This document shows, piece by piece, positions 12,586 through 31,398 of a stretch of 64,000 nucleotides of DNA. The notes beneath the pieces are model-generated. The model was not told the DNA's origin. It worked only from the letters and a program-made list of their open reading frames with translations, and ran no database searches. The position numbers and the translations under genes are program-made. Position 1 is the first letter of the stretch, and each line of letters opens with the position of its first letter. This stretch comes from Chrysomallon squamiferum (Eukaryota; Animalia; Mollusca). The stretch is from NCBI GenBank assembly GCA_012295275.1, contig CM022671.1, positions 24,676,001 to 24,740,000 on the forward strand, written 5' to 3'.

Positions 12586-14051
12586 CAGTCTGATGTGTTA
12601 TAATATACACATTTATGTAATACACGTATTTGATTCTATGAGGCAGGAAAAACAAAAATATACATACAATAAAAATAAATATCAGCATGCCTACCTTGCG
12701 TTATTACATAACGGGTAAAATTTTCAATAATATTCATTTTATTTTATTTTGTAATATCGTATTTTCTCTAATATACGCACTGAAAAATCTAGACTGGCTT
12801 AATAGATAAGTATAATTATTTTTCTTATTTGTTTTGTTTTAAAAATATATATATGTTGATTCAAGCACAAGACAATTTTCTTATTTATTAAAATGTGTAA
12901 TTTTATGTCGTTTTAAAATACTTGTGGTAAATCACAAATATGTTTTGATCTGATTTGTAACACAAACCTTTTGATATATATTTATTGTAGACTCTGACAG
13001 TGATTCACGACATATTTCTCAGAACATCATACATATTCAGCAGGTAAAACATTTGACACCACACAACACAAGGTTTCTAAAAATAGTAAGCTAATTACAA
13101 GGACAGATGCTACTTGAACAGAATCATATATCTACATGTACTTGTTATAAAACACAACACTCGAAAGTTAAAAAAAAGAAGAAAGAAAGGTCGTTGCTGT
13201 GAAGCTGTTCTGATTTTGCGTTGTCGTAGAAATGACGTCGTTCGCGATACAGCTGCAATAGCAGCTTCTGGTGAGATATGGAATCGTAGAGTCTGCAGTG
13301 GTTTTATTATCAGCATCATTGTCCTTGTTAGTCAATGTTTTTTGAAATTATACGACGTAAGGGGAAAAGATTATCAAGTGCAGAATGAGTGGGGAGGTGT
13401 GCCGATGTACGTGCGTTAGAACACTAATAAGCATGATTAATGTTTAAGCCGTTATTGAAGCATTCATGACACCATGCTCCCCAATCCAAAAAAAAAAAAA
13501 AAAAAAAAAAAGAATAGATAAATAAATAAATAAAAAATAGAAAAATACGGTAGTATAAAAAAGCTTTTATCATTTTAGTTATTCATTATAATTATAAGTA
13601 TTTTCTAAAACATCTGGAGCATCTGTAACCAAGTCTGTATTCACGTATATTAATATTTTTATTTATTTTTATAGGTATATAATAGTTCTGACAGAGAAAC
13701 AAATAGTAACATATTTGTAAATATGTATTCAAAATATCAGAACAAATAACGTTAAAAGTAAACTTTTGAACATTAAATTTATTTATACTTTGATTTGATA
13801 TCATTTTATTAGTAGGCTTTCGTCTCTTTATGTATCAGTCGAGCTCTGAACGTATTAAAGCAACAGAAGCGGGAAAAAGTCTATAAGTTTTATGTATTAC
13901 AAGCAAATATACTATCTTTGTTAATATATATATTCAGTTAAACTAAAATATTTTCAATAGATTTAAATTTAAAAATGCTGAAGATAAATTTCTGTAAAAG
14001 AGAATATAGTTCTCATCTGGTGATACGAAGATATTCTGAATATTTCTAAAT

Positions 14052-14101
<50 letters not shown>

Positions 14102-14259
14102 TTTAGGTCTATTAATATAGTCACAGTAAATTAAAACTAAGGACATTTCTAATTTTTCTTTTTCTACTTACTGCTAATTATAGTTTTTGTTGAAATTTAA
14201 ATTTTAAACAAGTCTTTCGTTCTCTATCTCTGTCTCACTGCTTCTGTCTCGATTTCTCA

Positions 14260-14345
<86 letters not shown>

Positions 14346-14723
14346 CATACGTATATTCACACAAACAAAATTATCTGTTAAATTTATGCTCTGAATTCTA
14401 TGAATATTTTCTAAATAAATCTATGTGTATAAAATTAAAATGTATGTATGTGCCATGTGACTGGAATCTAATAACTGTAAAGAGAAATCAAATACGCTGA
14501 GATTAAACGTTCACGAGACCAGTTCATATTATTATTATTATATAAAAAAATATTAATTTTCAAAATTTTAATTTATGAAGATAAGATAAAAATATTCAAT
14601 TAAACTGATATATTTTCAATAGACATAAATTTAAAAAACACGAAGATAAATGTCTTTAAAAGATATTATAGTTCCCATTTGGTGACAGGAAGACGTATTA
14701 TGAATGTTTCTAAATTAATTTTT

Positions 14724-14764
<41 letters not shown>

Positions 14765-14796
14765 CAATTCATTAATAACGAATCCTAGTCAAAAGC

Positions 14797-15695
14797 TATG
14801 TTGAATCAGTATTATATAACGACCTTTAGGTTATGTTGAATCGAAATTATTGAACGCATTGACTTTTAGATTATGTTAACCAGTACAGTGGTACCTTGAC
14901 TTACGACTGCACCAACTTACGAGTTTTCCGAGTTACGAGCAGTCACCCGGTCGATTTTGTGCTCTGAGTTGCGAACCAAAATCCGAGTTACGAGCTAGTT
15001 GGCCCAGCATTCAACTTGTTTGCTTCACACGATTACCTCGCCGTGGAAGCGTTTCAGTTGTGTTTTTCTCGCCTTTTCTGCAAATTGTTGCCAAATTTCC
15101 CATGGATCAATGACGATGGATCTTAAGAAACTGAGTGCAAAGGACATTTCTGAGAAGATGAAGCGGATGATGTCCATTGAATTAAAGCATGAAATTACAG
15201 AATAAAGTGCGTATGGCGTAGTACTTCAACGCTGTGTACCATACTGAAGCAGAAAGAGTCAATAAAAGCTATAACTCCAGCCAAAGGCGTTAAAATAATT
15301 TCTAAGCTGCGGGCCTCAGATCATGAAAAGATGGAGAAACCCTAACCCATATACTTAACAAAAACAATTTATTTCTTTACATTCTCTTTTATTTTGATTT
15401 TATACAATATTTGTCATTTACATATGCACTTTTCTTATTCAAAATTGATTTGATATACGAGGGAATTGAGTTACGAGCTCGGCCATGGAAGGAATTAAAA
15501 TCGTAAGTCAAGGTACAACTCTATAATCAAACCCAGTCATCATTAGGTTATGTAGAATCAGTATTATTGAATGTATTTGATCTTTAGATTAGTTTGAATC
15601 AGTATTGCTGAACATAGTGACTTTTAGATTATGTGGAACTGACAGTATTATTGAACTTAGTAATGTTTACATTGTGTAGAATCAGTCTTATTAAC
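14797..15695. repeat. ~40-bp degenerate minisatellite (GACTTTTAGATTATGTTGAATCAGTATTATTGAAC...) split by the Tigger insertion
   Basis: Units are visible at 14797..14882 and resume at ~15524..15695. Confidence 0.75.
14886..15521 (+). mobile_element. Internally deleted Tigger/pogo (Tc1-mariner superfamily) DNA transposon
   Basis: 21-bp TIRs CAGTGGTACCTTGACTTACGA and TCGTAAGTCAAGGTACAACTC (2 mismatches), flanked by TA on both sides. Residual transposase N-terminus MDLKKLSAKDISEKMKRMMSIELKHEITE* and RSTSTLCTILKQKESIKAITPAKGVKIISKLRASDHEKMEK resembles a CENP-B/psq-type HTH. No DDE domain is retained. Confidence 0.9.
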
Positions 15696-15917
15696 ATCAC
15701 TGATATATGGTAATGCTCTGCTAGTACCGTCACATGGTAATGCTCTGCTAGTACCGTCCTAATTTATTTTTGGCAGTGTATGTGCTCCATGCTTTGATTA
15801 TTCATGGTTGTTTTTATGGCACAATGACATATCGAGGTTTTAACCGATCCTCTGTTATTATATTTAGAATAATCAGATGTATTTTCAGGTTTGATTATGT
15901 ACGTTTAAGATTTAAAA

Positions 15918-15956
<39 letters not shown>

Positions 15957-16112
15957 ATTAGAAGAAATATTTTCTAGTTACATGTAGAATTTCTCAGTTT
16001 TTATATTGTTTTGGGGTATTTTGTTTAAAAAAAATCAATAAATAAAAACAAAAATCTTTTTTTGGTGTAATTAAATTAATTAATAAATAAAAAGAAAATA
16101 ATAATAAATAGA

Positions 16113-16720
16113 GAACGTGTATTAGTCAGATAATATATAACTGTCAGGACACTATGAATATTCATGACTATTGCTGCTTGTTTTAAAAAGAATGTGTTTT
16201 AGGCAGGTAGTATGTAACTCTCAGGGCAATATGAATATTAATGATTTCAACTGCTTGTTTTAAAATCAACGTGTTTCAAAAAGAACGTATTTTAGACAGG
16301 TAACATATAGCTGTCAGGGCAATATGAATATTCATGATTTCAACTGCTTATTTTAAAAAGAACGTGTTTTAAAAAGAACGTGTTTTATATAACTCTCATG
16401 ACAAAATGAATATTGACGACTTCAGCTGCTTGTTTTAATGAGAACGTGTTTTAGACACATGACATATAACTCTCAGGACAGTATGAATATTCATGACATC
16501 AGCTGCTTGTTTTAGAAAGAATATGTTTTAGAAAGGTAACATATAACTCTCAGGACAATATCAATATTCACGACTTCAGCTGATTGTTTTAAAAAGAACG
16601 TATTTTAAACAGATCGTGTTTTAGACCGAGAACATATAACTCTCAGGACAATATGAATATTCATGTCATCAGCTGCTTGTTTTAAAAAGAACGTATTTTT
16701 AAAATAATCGTGTTTTAAAC
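16113..16720. repeat. Tandem repeat of ~77-bp units, about 7 copies plus a partial copy
   Basis: Unit near AACGTGTTTTAGACAGGTAACATATAACTCTCAGGACAATATGAATATTCATGACTTCAGCTGCTTGTTTTAAAAAG, with occasional 16-bp sub-duplications. Confidence 0.92.
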
Positions 16721-16761
16721 TGATAACTTTTTTTTATATTTCAGACTGGACGTGATTCACA

Positions 16762-22003
<5,242 letters not shown>

Positions 22004-22835
22004 TAAATTTCCAAATCTGAGTATTAATTTGTTCTCTCTGATTTAAACACAGAATGTAATAAATAAAATAAAAAAATAAAAAAATAAATAAATGAAGATT
22101 AACGAACAGTACAATATTACTGAACCTTTTATATTGTAGTCTTTATCTTAAATGTGTATTTCATCATCAACACTGAATCCTCTTGGGAACATATTATCGT
22201 TAATAGTGTGTTATTTTACAACACTCACAACCGAAAGAGGGGACACAACTTACTTTGTATGCAGCTAACGTGTCTTACTATACTATTAGTGTACAGAGCG
22301 TTTCTGTCAAACTGATTGAGATCGTTCCATTCCGTCTCTAAAACATCCACAGGATGGCTCCAGTGTGTGTTATAAATATAATACGCGATTACAGTGCAGT
22401 TTAGAATAGAGTGAGGGAAGAAGCCTATCATAATTTCTGTATTTCTTTCCACTAAAGCCAGAGACGGTTTAACTTTTTCAGTCCCAACCAGATTAGAAAA
22501 TATCCTGACACTAATAACTAAAACAATCACAATAGATCTGAAAAACAAACACATCTTTTCCGGCTTTCTTCCATCATCCAGTGGCGAAGTCACATCCTAG
22601 TTTTATTTAAAACATTAAAAGAAGATTAATTTGATTACGGTATTATCTATTTTGCTGATTCAAGCAGAATCATTAAACGTTTTTGATTGTACTTGATATC
22701 TGTGGCTTAGACATATTCGCATGCATAATACTTCTCACTTATTTAGTCTCTCTGTCTGTCTATCTATCTGATACATATATCTTTATATATCTATATCTAT
22801 CTATATCTATCTATTTGTCTATATATCTATCTATG

Positions 22836-22953
<118 letters not shown>

Positions 22954-24549
22954 GAGAGAGAAAGAGAGAGAAAGAGAGAGACAGAGACAGAGAGAGATAA
23001 GGTTGCTGCGTTGTTGAATTTTTTATGTATGGTACTAACATGTTTTTTATGTATGGTTAATGACAAGGAAAAGAAAAAGAAGTATTAGCGTAAAAATAAA
23101 AAAATTAATAAATGATAAACATTATGTAAATGAATGAGGCAAGAAGTTAACAAAGAAGGTCATAGGCATCTTGCTACAAACTAGGATGCGTATCTTGCAA
23201 ACAAGAAAACCATTCATCACTGATAAAGTTAAAACCTAATAATATTTTTACTGGCACAAGATCGTGCTTTTGTTTTTTCTTTTTTTTTTCTTAAAACTGG
23301 TTGTCAAGATTTTGTTTTTAGGTTTTTCTTTGATATAATCGATTGATAAATTTATTGTTGACACTTATAATTATTTTAAATTTATTATTATTTTTTATTC
23401 AAATTTTGTTTTTCTGAAACCATAAAATATATTATTCCTGTATAAAACGGAATGTTTCTGGTGTACTGTGGTCTTTGTTTGTATTTTATTGCATCTGCAT
23501 ATGTTTTATATATGAATGATATATGAATATTAAATAAACGTTATATATGTTATCTGAAAGCAAAAAGAGTCATGAAAGCTTCATCAGATACGTACATTCA
23601 GTAGATCTGTGTGTGTGCCGGTGTGTGTGTGTGCATTTATATATATAAATATATTTATATTATATATGTTTGTATTTATGTATGTATGTGTCTATGTATA
23701 CATATCTATATCTATATCTATTTCTCTCTCTATATATATACTGGCAGAAAGAAGGATAGGCCTTCCACTAATATGTATTTTTACGATTATCTTATCAGAT
23801 AATATGCATAAACGTGTAACAAAACTATCAGTGGCGGAATTTAATATAAACACTTAACAATCCTTAAAATCTAAAACACAAAACAGAAACCGACATTTCT
23901 TTAAAAATATCAACATTTAATTTTATCCAGTTAAGCTAACAAACTTTAATAAATAAAACCAGAATAAAAACAAATAAATAAATAAAACAGTATGGCGTAA
24001 TATTTAATGTATAAACTTAAGACATTCTTTAACGAAGAATCAATACATCATTCATATCTCCTTTATTACAACGAAGTGTACGTTTTAAAAAAATATATTT
24101 ATTAAAGTTAAAGCCGAGTTTGTTTAATAATAACTGAAGACCAGACCTAGCGGCGCTGATATAAGCCGTAACTAACCGAGCTCTGTGTCATATAAATCAT
24201 TACGTTTTCAGAATGGATTCTTCTGTAATAAAGTCTAGTATAGTGACAGATGTGGGTTCATGTCTCGGTACGGAGTACTCATATATAATGAATACGGGAT
24301 AAATACTCTCATTCTGGCAGATGAATTGTCAGATATATTCAACAACGTAATACATGTGCAAAATGTAATTTTACGGCAACGAGAGGAGACATGTCGGTTC
24401 TTTTGAGTTATTATTTTGCACAAAGCTTTTAAAAAAACCATTTACGACATTTAAAATTAATTACTTCTCATTCCACGTAGTCGACATATTAATGAGTTAT
24501 TTCTAGTTAGTTGTTATGGTGGTTTTTGTGGGTTTTTTTTGCGTTGTTT

Positions 24550-24584
<35 letters not shown>

Positions 24585-24657
24585 TGTATGTATATGTGTG
24601 TTTATATATATTATTATATATCCTTAATAGCTTTGTATTTATGCCTGTCTGCTTTCT

Positions 24658-24688
<31 letters not shown>

Positions 24689-24729
24689 GTATGTATATAC
24701 ATGTATCTATCTGTCTATCTATCTATCTG

Positions 24730-24770
<41 letters not shown>

Positions 24771-24775
24771 ATATC

Positions 24776-24806
<31 letters not shown>

Positions 24807-25265
24807 GTATGCATGTATCTATCTATCTATCTATCTGTCTATCTATATATCTATATATCTATGTATATATCTATGTATGTATGTATTCAACTCCATTCAA
24901 CTCTTTCTGTGGTTCTCTTGCACAGATCAACACACACACACAGTCACCAGTGCGTTGTATTTAGTGAGATGTCTGCAGTAAAAATGACTGTTGTTATATA
25001 AAAATACACAGTGTAAAACTCTTCTACAGTTTAAACAGTCTCACTGGTCATGTAGTCAACTTTACTGTTTAATGCCCAAGTGTTTATCGTAATAACATAT
25101 AAAACGAACGACTACTCTTGTAACGTATACACCTTCATAACACGTATACTCATTTTATTTAAATACTGGAGCTTTTATAGCCTCTTTCTCTGAACTCTGA
25201 ATAAGAGTGTTTGTTCCATTTGTTTTGTTTTGGTTTTTTGCTTTCATATTTTATTTTATTTTATT

Positions 25266-25312
<47 letters not shown>

Positions 25313-25595
25313 CTTTGTAGGGTACATGTTGAATTATTCATTTATGTTGTTTCTCAGTTTACACAAAAAATAGTAAAAGTTTGCAGTGAGTGAAAGAAAT
25401 AATCAAATTTTTTTCACTGCGTTCAAACCGTGGAAGTTAACAGTTTACGGTTCTAATGACATACTGAATGGTAATATTAGAGTTAAGGAAAAACGAAATT
25501 GTTATCAGTATTACAAACAACCTAGAAAATATTTTGTAGATTTGTTCGGGCATGAACATTTGTGCTTATCTTTAAACAAAGCGAAGAATGTGACT

Positions 25596-25711
25596 TCACC
25601 GTTAAGATCGGCAGTTGATAGGACATGGGCCGTAGGATCAATCACCATAGTTCTGATTAACAGAAGGGCTATATCACAGTGGGTGTCCTTTCTCTCCAGT
25701 CTTAACGGTGA
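25596..25711. other. 116-bp inverted-repeat element (mini-MITE or RNA hairpin)
   Basis: Perfect 12-bp ends TCACCGTTAAGA and TCTTAACGGTGA, with imperfect pairing extending inward (AGGACA/TGTCCT). Confidence 0.5.
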
Positions 25712-26060
25712 TTGTATAATCATTGAGATTGTATAATCATTTCTTCTTCATGTTAAAGCAACTGCAACAGTGGAGGAAAGGCACTTAAGAAAATTATATT
25801 TTCAATAAAAGTATCTGGGAATATTTTTAATTCTGCAAAAAACAACAAAAAAACGTGTCTTTTTCGTTTTATGGTGTCTCGATGCATTATTGTTATTTGC
25901 AGAAAGAAAAAAGAGACTTTTCCAAATGTTTTATATTTTTTCAATACTTATATCAGTCTAATAGTTTAACAGCTTTTGTTTAATGCAGTCCTGAACTCCT
26001 TTCTTTTCGCAAATATTATATTTTTATATGCAATATCATCAGCATTATTTGCCGATCTGT

Positions 26061-26145
<85 letters not shown>

Positions 26146-26440
26146 GTCTCTCTCTCTCTCTGTCTCTCTCGCTCGCTCTAACTGTTTCTGTCTCAATTTC
26201 GTGAATCTGAGTAACAATAAGGTTTGCCCCTAATACGTCTGCCCACATATAAATGTCTCTGAGACACTGCACATACTTGCCAAACACGTTGGCTCTGAAC
26301 TCATAGTGAATTTCAAATGTAGAAAACACACACAACTGTTTGATAAATCGAAACGTTTGATATGTGTCAAGCACTTTAAAATCTTTCTCACATTTGTTCT
26401 GTGATCTTTAACCAGCAGTAAAGCGCCAAACAGCCATTGA

Positions 26441-26473
<33 letters not shown>

Positions 26474-27232
26474 AAAAAGAAAAAAAAAAAAAAAGAAAAA
26501 ATATTTTTAAAAAAGGAAAATGAAAAAAAAAAAAGAAAAAGAAAAAAGAAAAAGAAATCACTGAGTATGTCATTAAATAAAATATATATTTGTTTTTTCT
26601 GTCGTTTTTTGGTTTTATTTTTATTCTGTTGTTTTTGTCTGACCTCTCTCATGCTGCGACAAACTCTATTACCGCACAACTTGCGGCTGGGAAAAACAAC
26701 AGTTCTGTTGGATGGGTGAATAAGTCCCTTTATTAAATCATTTTTTTTCTCTTTTTTATAATTATTATTATTTTATTACTCTTTATTTCTATCACTTGTT
26801 AATTAAATTTTTTTTTTCTTTCTTTCTTAAATAACGAACTTTGATCTTTGTGATTCTGTTGAGCGAATGAACAAATAATTATTAAATAACACCTCAAGGG
26901 AAAAAAAAAAGAGAAAGAAATGACATCAAGACGTCTGACGGACGATATTGGGTAATTGGCTAGAATGGGAATAAAGCAGCGCGTGTGACATGGGCAAACG
27001 TGTGTCATATAATATTATAGTATCTGACATTCAGCCCACGCAGGCCAGTTCGTTATCTCTCAGCCGACTGTGAACACTCGTTGTTGTCGGGTAACACGTT
27101 TTTCTCTCTAGCGCATCCAGTATACACACTTAGGTTAAAATCTAATGGTGCGTTTTCGTTGTCATGGAGCTTACAATCTGAAGTGAACGTATCATCTGTA
27201 GGAGGTCTGGTCTAAACGCCGGCTCGCTCGAC

Positions 27233-28374
27233 ATGGAGCTGTCGGAAGATGAGAACAGCGAAAAAACCGAAGAATTAAACGATTTTGATGTAAGTAACGA
27301 TTATTTTTGTGGCTGTCTTTTGCTTCAGTTTTTAAAATTTTATTTGGCTCTCCTTCTTAAATTAGCATTATTAAAATTTAGATTCTTTTTGGCAGCATTA
27401 GAAACATCCGATGACTGTCTTGGTACATAAATAAGAATTTCAGAGTAAATAATGTTATAAATCTGCATTAAAGACAGCTAAATATGCATATTGATTCATT
27501 TCTTTTAATGTGAATTTAATGTTTGATGTATGTTTAACAGAAGCATATTAAGTGACAGATTGAAAATAATCCTGCTTGTGATGTATGTTTGTGCGAAATA
27601 ACATGATATTACTAAGAGACTTGTTCATAATGCATATGTATGATAACAAATAGTTGTAGGACAAAAAATCAACGGTGAAAATGTCAACCGACAAAATGCC
27701 AGCAGTAAAATGTCGGCTACTGAAATGGTGCCTATTTCCCAAAACTTAATATACACATACCTATCTACTGCTTCATACATACATTATATACATACATACA
27801 TATACTCATAAAATATGCTTTTGTTATTTCTGTAGATGATATTTTGTCCAACGTCATCGAATAATGGTAACATTTTGTCCGTTGACATTATGTCCCTTGA
27901 AATTTTCTCTGCATTCCGTAACAAATATAAAATACGTGCCTATGAAAATGTTGTTTATGTATATATGTTTTTATATATGTATATATCGTGTATATGATAT
28001 AATGTATGTGCATCTTTCTCTTTGAATATTTGTACATATATATCTGGTGGGTTTTTGGGGGTCGTTTTATTTTTAATTTTTTTTTCGTGCAGTAAATAAC
28101 TTTGAAAAGTGTAAAAGGCTAGATCAAAAGGCTGTGATACAGTTCTTTAAACTCATTAATATATCAGTTTACTACTGGGCTCCCACAGTCTGACAAAGCA
28201 GTCCTCTGAACAAAGCTTGTAAATGCATAATAGCTGCACTTTTAATAAAAAAAAAAAAAAAAAAAAATTAAGATAAATAGAACAACAACAGTAATAATAA
28301 TAAATAAGTAAATAAATTATACAGCTGAAACAAGAAAAAACAACAACAAAAAAAAAAAAAAAAATAAATAAAAA

Positions 28375-28405
<31 letters not shown>

Positions 28406-28648
28406 AAAATAAATAATAAAAAAAACAAAGAACAATAATAACTTATTATGGCAAATGTGCACCTACTACAGACAGTATTATATTTTAGGGTCTTATCAGA
28501 GTATCCGACGATATCAAAAATTTCAAATACGATTTAAATATGCTTTTTCAAATAATCTGTTTTCGATTTCTTAGTTATCCGGATTTCAAATCAGAGTTTG
28601 AGAACTACGAATTTCCAGACAGAAAAGTATCTAAGTGGCCAATCAACA

Positions 28649-28736
<88 letters not shown>

Positions 28737-29660
28737 GTTGTTGTTGTTCTTGCTGCTGTAGCTATTGTTTTTGTATTTCGTCATTATTATTATTATTATT
28801 ATGCAAATGTGCATCAGAAAAATATGCTGACTGTGCCTGTAATATAATTAAAGTATATTAAGTAAGAATCACTCTGTGGCAGCAGGCTGTTCTTGACGAG
28901 GTTTAATGAAAACAAAAGGTCAAACAAAACAATCTCGATCACCAAGCAACCTGACCCTGTACTTTTAATACTGTAAAATTATTATCATAAGTGTCGTTCT
29001 CGATCGCGACACGGCAAATCTGTCGTAAACATTTTATATTTACATAAACTGGGATTGTGTAGATATTACAACCCCTCTTTAGTCTGTCAGATTTTTCAAT
29101 TGAATGTCATTATAAATACACAAGAAGAATATTTTAGCCCAAACTGTAAATTTGCTTCGAGAAAGAAAAAAAACCCACAAAAAACAACGGATGCGTTAGT
29201 CACTTAATAATCGAGGTTTCTTGTTGTTACATTAGCATAGTCTCGAATTTCCCCACATGTCATGTCATGTTGTAGTGAAGGTTAAATTGATATAGTGCCA
29301 TTCACAAAATTTTATTACTCTTTACTTTTATTTTTCTCGTGTTTTTAAGCTCCACTGTAACAACAGTATTGGGGAATATTAACGTCGGCTCTTATAAATA
29401 ACTGTAGAAAAATGTCGTCTTGTTTAGAGATAAGTGTTTTCTGTGTAAATAACTTTTATGTGTTTACTTTGTAGTTACAGACAACGGTGAAAAACAAAAC
29501 GAAAATGTATTTCTATTTTTTCTTTAATCAGAACTTTAATTTTTTTTTTTCGAAATTAATTTTTAATTATTTAATTAATTTATTTATTATCAATTTTTAA
29601 TTATTTTTTTATTTTATTTTTAATTTTTTTTTAGGCAATGTTTTTTGTCTTGAAATTTGT

Positions 29661-29742
<82 letters not shown>

Positions 29743-30858
29743 ATATTATATGTAAGTACGTATATTTGTGTTTATATGTGATTATGTTCATTTGTCAAAG
29801 CATTTGTATTTCACAGTACTTCTTAGGTATATATATATATATATATATATTTTTTTTACATGGATATCATTCTGTGTTACTAAAATAATAACATGAGAGG
29901 TAGTTTCATATATTACTACTACTACTACTACTACTACTACTATTATTAACTAAACGCTAATAAGTAATAAGAATAGTAAGAATAATAAATAAATAAATAA
30001 AACTTTTACTTTAATATAATTTTTCAAGAATGCTGTCCAAAACGTTGGAATAATAATAATTACACCATCATCATCATCCTGGACGTCGTCGCCAACATGC
30101 CCTACAGATAAATACATGACTTGCTCTATTTAATTACCGAGACGCCAGCCCCCTTTGTATAACACTAAACAGTCGATGTAGTTGTATGACGAGTGTCGTT
30201 AAACACTCTGCCATTTACTCACCCGCCTTTAATCAAATTAACGACTTCAAACATGGAATCTGCGGTTGCGTAAATAAATTTAAAAAAAAAAATACAGTAA
30301 GTGCAATAGCAGTTGGACATGCACTGACAAGAACATGCGGAGTTCCGAACACACCACGTTTGTCTGGCACGCACTTGTTTTTACTCCAGTGACTTTTGTT
30401 CGTACGCGCCACAAGCTTTCAAGCCATTGAGTAAAAAAATGCTTTCAGTCATGCAATTTAAAGTGAATCCGTTGGTGCAAAAAACACGTTGTTAATTATT
30501 CATTTTGCATAAAGTGCTTTTGCTGTGTTGAAGTTTTTATGTTATAGGAATGAATACAGACACCCAAAGGAACGAACGTCTGATTTAATTAAAGTAAATG
30601 CAGTTAAAATTGTACCTTTGACGATACTGAGAAATAGTCTAAATATAGTCTGCAATACTTACAGATTAAATTTTTTTTTTTTTTTCATCCTGTCTTAATT
30701 AGTAAGTCAGTATAGCAACAAATGAGTACATTTCAAAAATATGGTCGCTTCCATTTTGTCTGTAGTCGTTATGTCATCAGTTAAAGGGCAGAGCGATTTG
30801 CTTGTCTGAAAAAATACAGTCATCGGTCCCACACATACAAGAGTAAAATGGCGGCTAT

Positions 30859-30941
<83 letters not shown>

Positions 30942-31142
30942 TACTTTGTTATGAGTGCCGAAAACAATAAAAGAATAACTAGGAATTTGTAAGGAATTAT
31001 ATAATTATTTATACCGCAATAGGTACACTTTAAAAAAACATAAAAAAGCAACATCTATTGATATATAGCTAGGTGTTGGTTTTTGTGTTATTTTACACAC
31101 ACACATACAGAGAGAGAGAAGAGAGGCAGGGAGGGAGGGAGG

Positions 31143-31211
<69 letters not shown>

Positions 31212-31362
31212 ATTTCACTGAGGTAAACCAGGTAGGCTGAAGAACAGAAATTGATACATCCTGTTTACCCTTGCACCTGTTGATTTTTAAATTACCTCAG
31301 CTCAAAACTGAGTTATACTGACAGAATGCATAAATAAAAAGAAGCCTAAACAAATAATTCCG

Positions 31363-31398
<36 letters not shown>

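Noticed and set aside
13114-13419. 101-aa ORF in a GC-richer patch
   Set aside because: No recognisable domain, no convincing splice sites and a non-ATG start.
16113-16720. Regularly spaced repeats resembling a CRISPR array
   Set aside because: The units are contiguous with no unique spacers, there are no cas genes and the context is eukaryotic; this is a minisatellite.
22225-22593. 122-aa minus-strand ORF downstream of the carboxypeptidase
   Set aside because: No motif and a GTG start; probably chance, within the 3' UTR or flank.
28650-28740. (AAT)n(TAT)n palindromic tracts, also at 30860-30940, and the A/T hairpin at ~58905-58945
   Set aside because: These are simple-sequence inversions common in microsatellite-rich genomes, with no evidence of function.
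30080-30235. Possible SINE 3' tail (GAGTGTCGTTAAACACTC hairpin)
   Set aside because: No tRNA-like head with A/B boxes and no target-site duplication could be identified.
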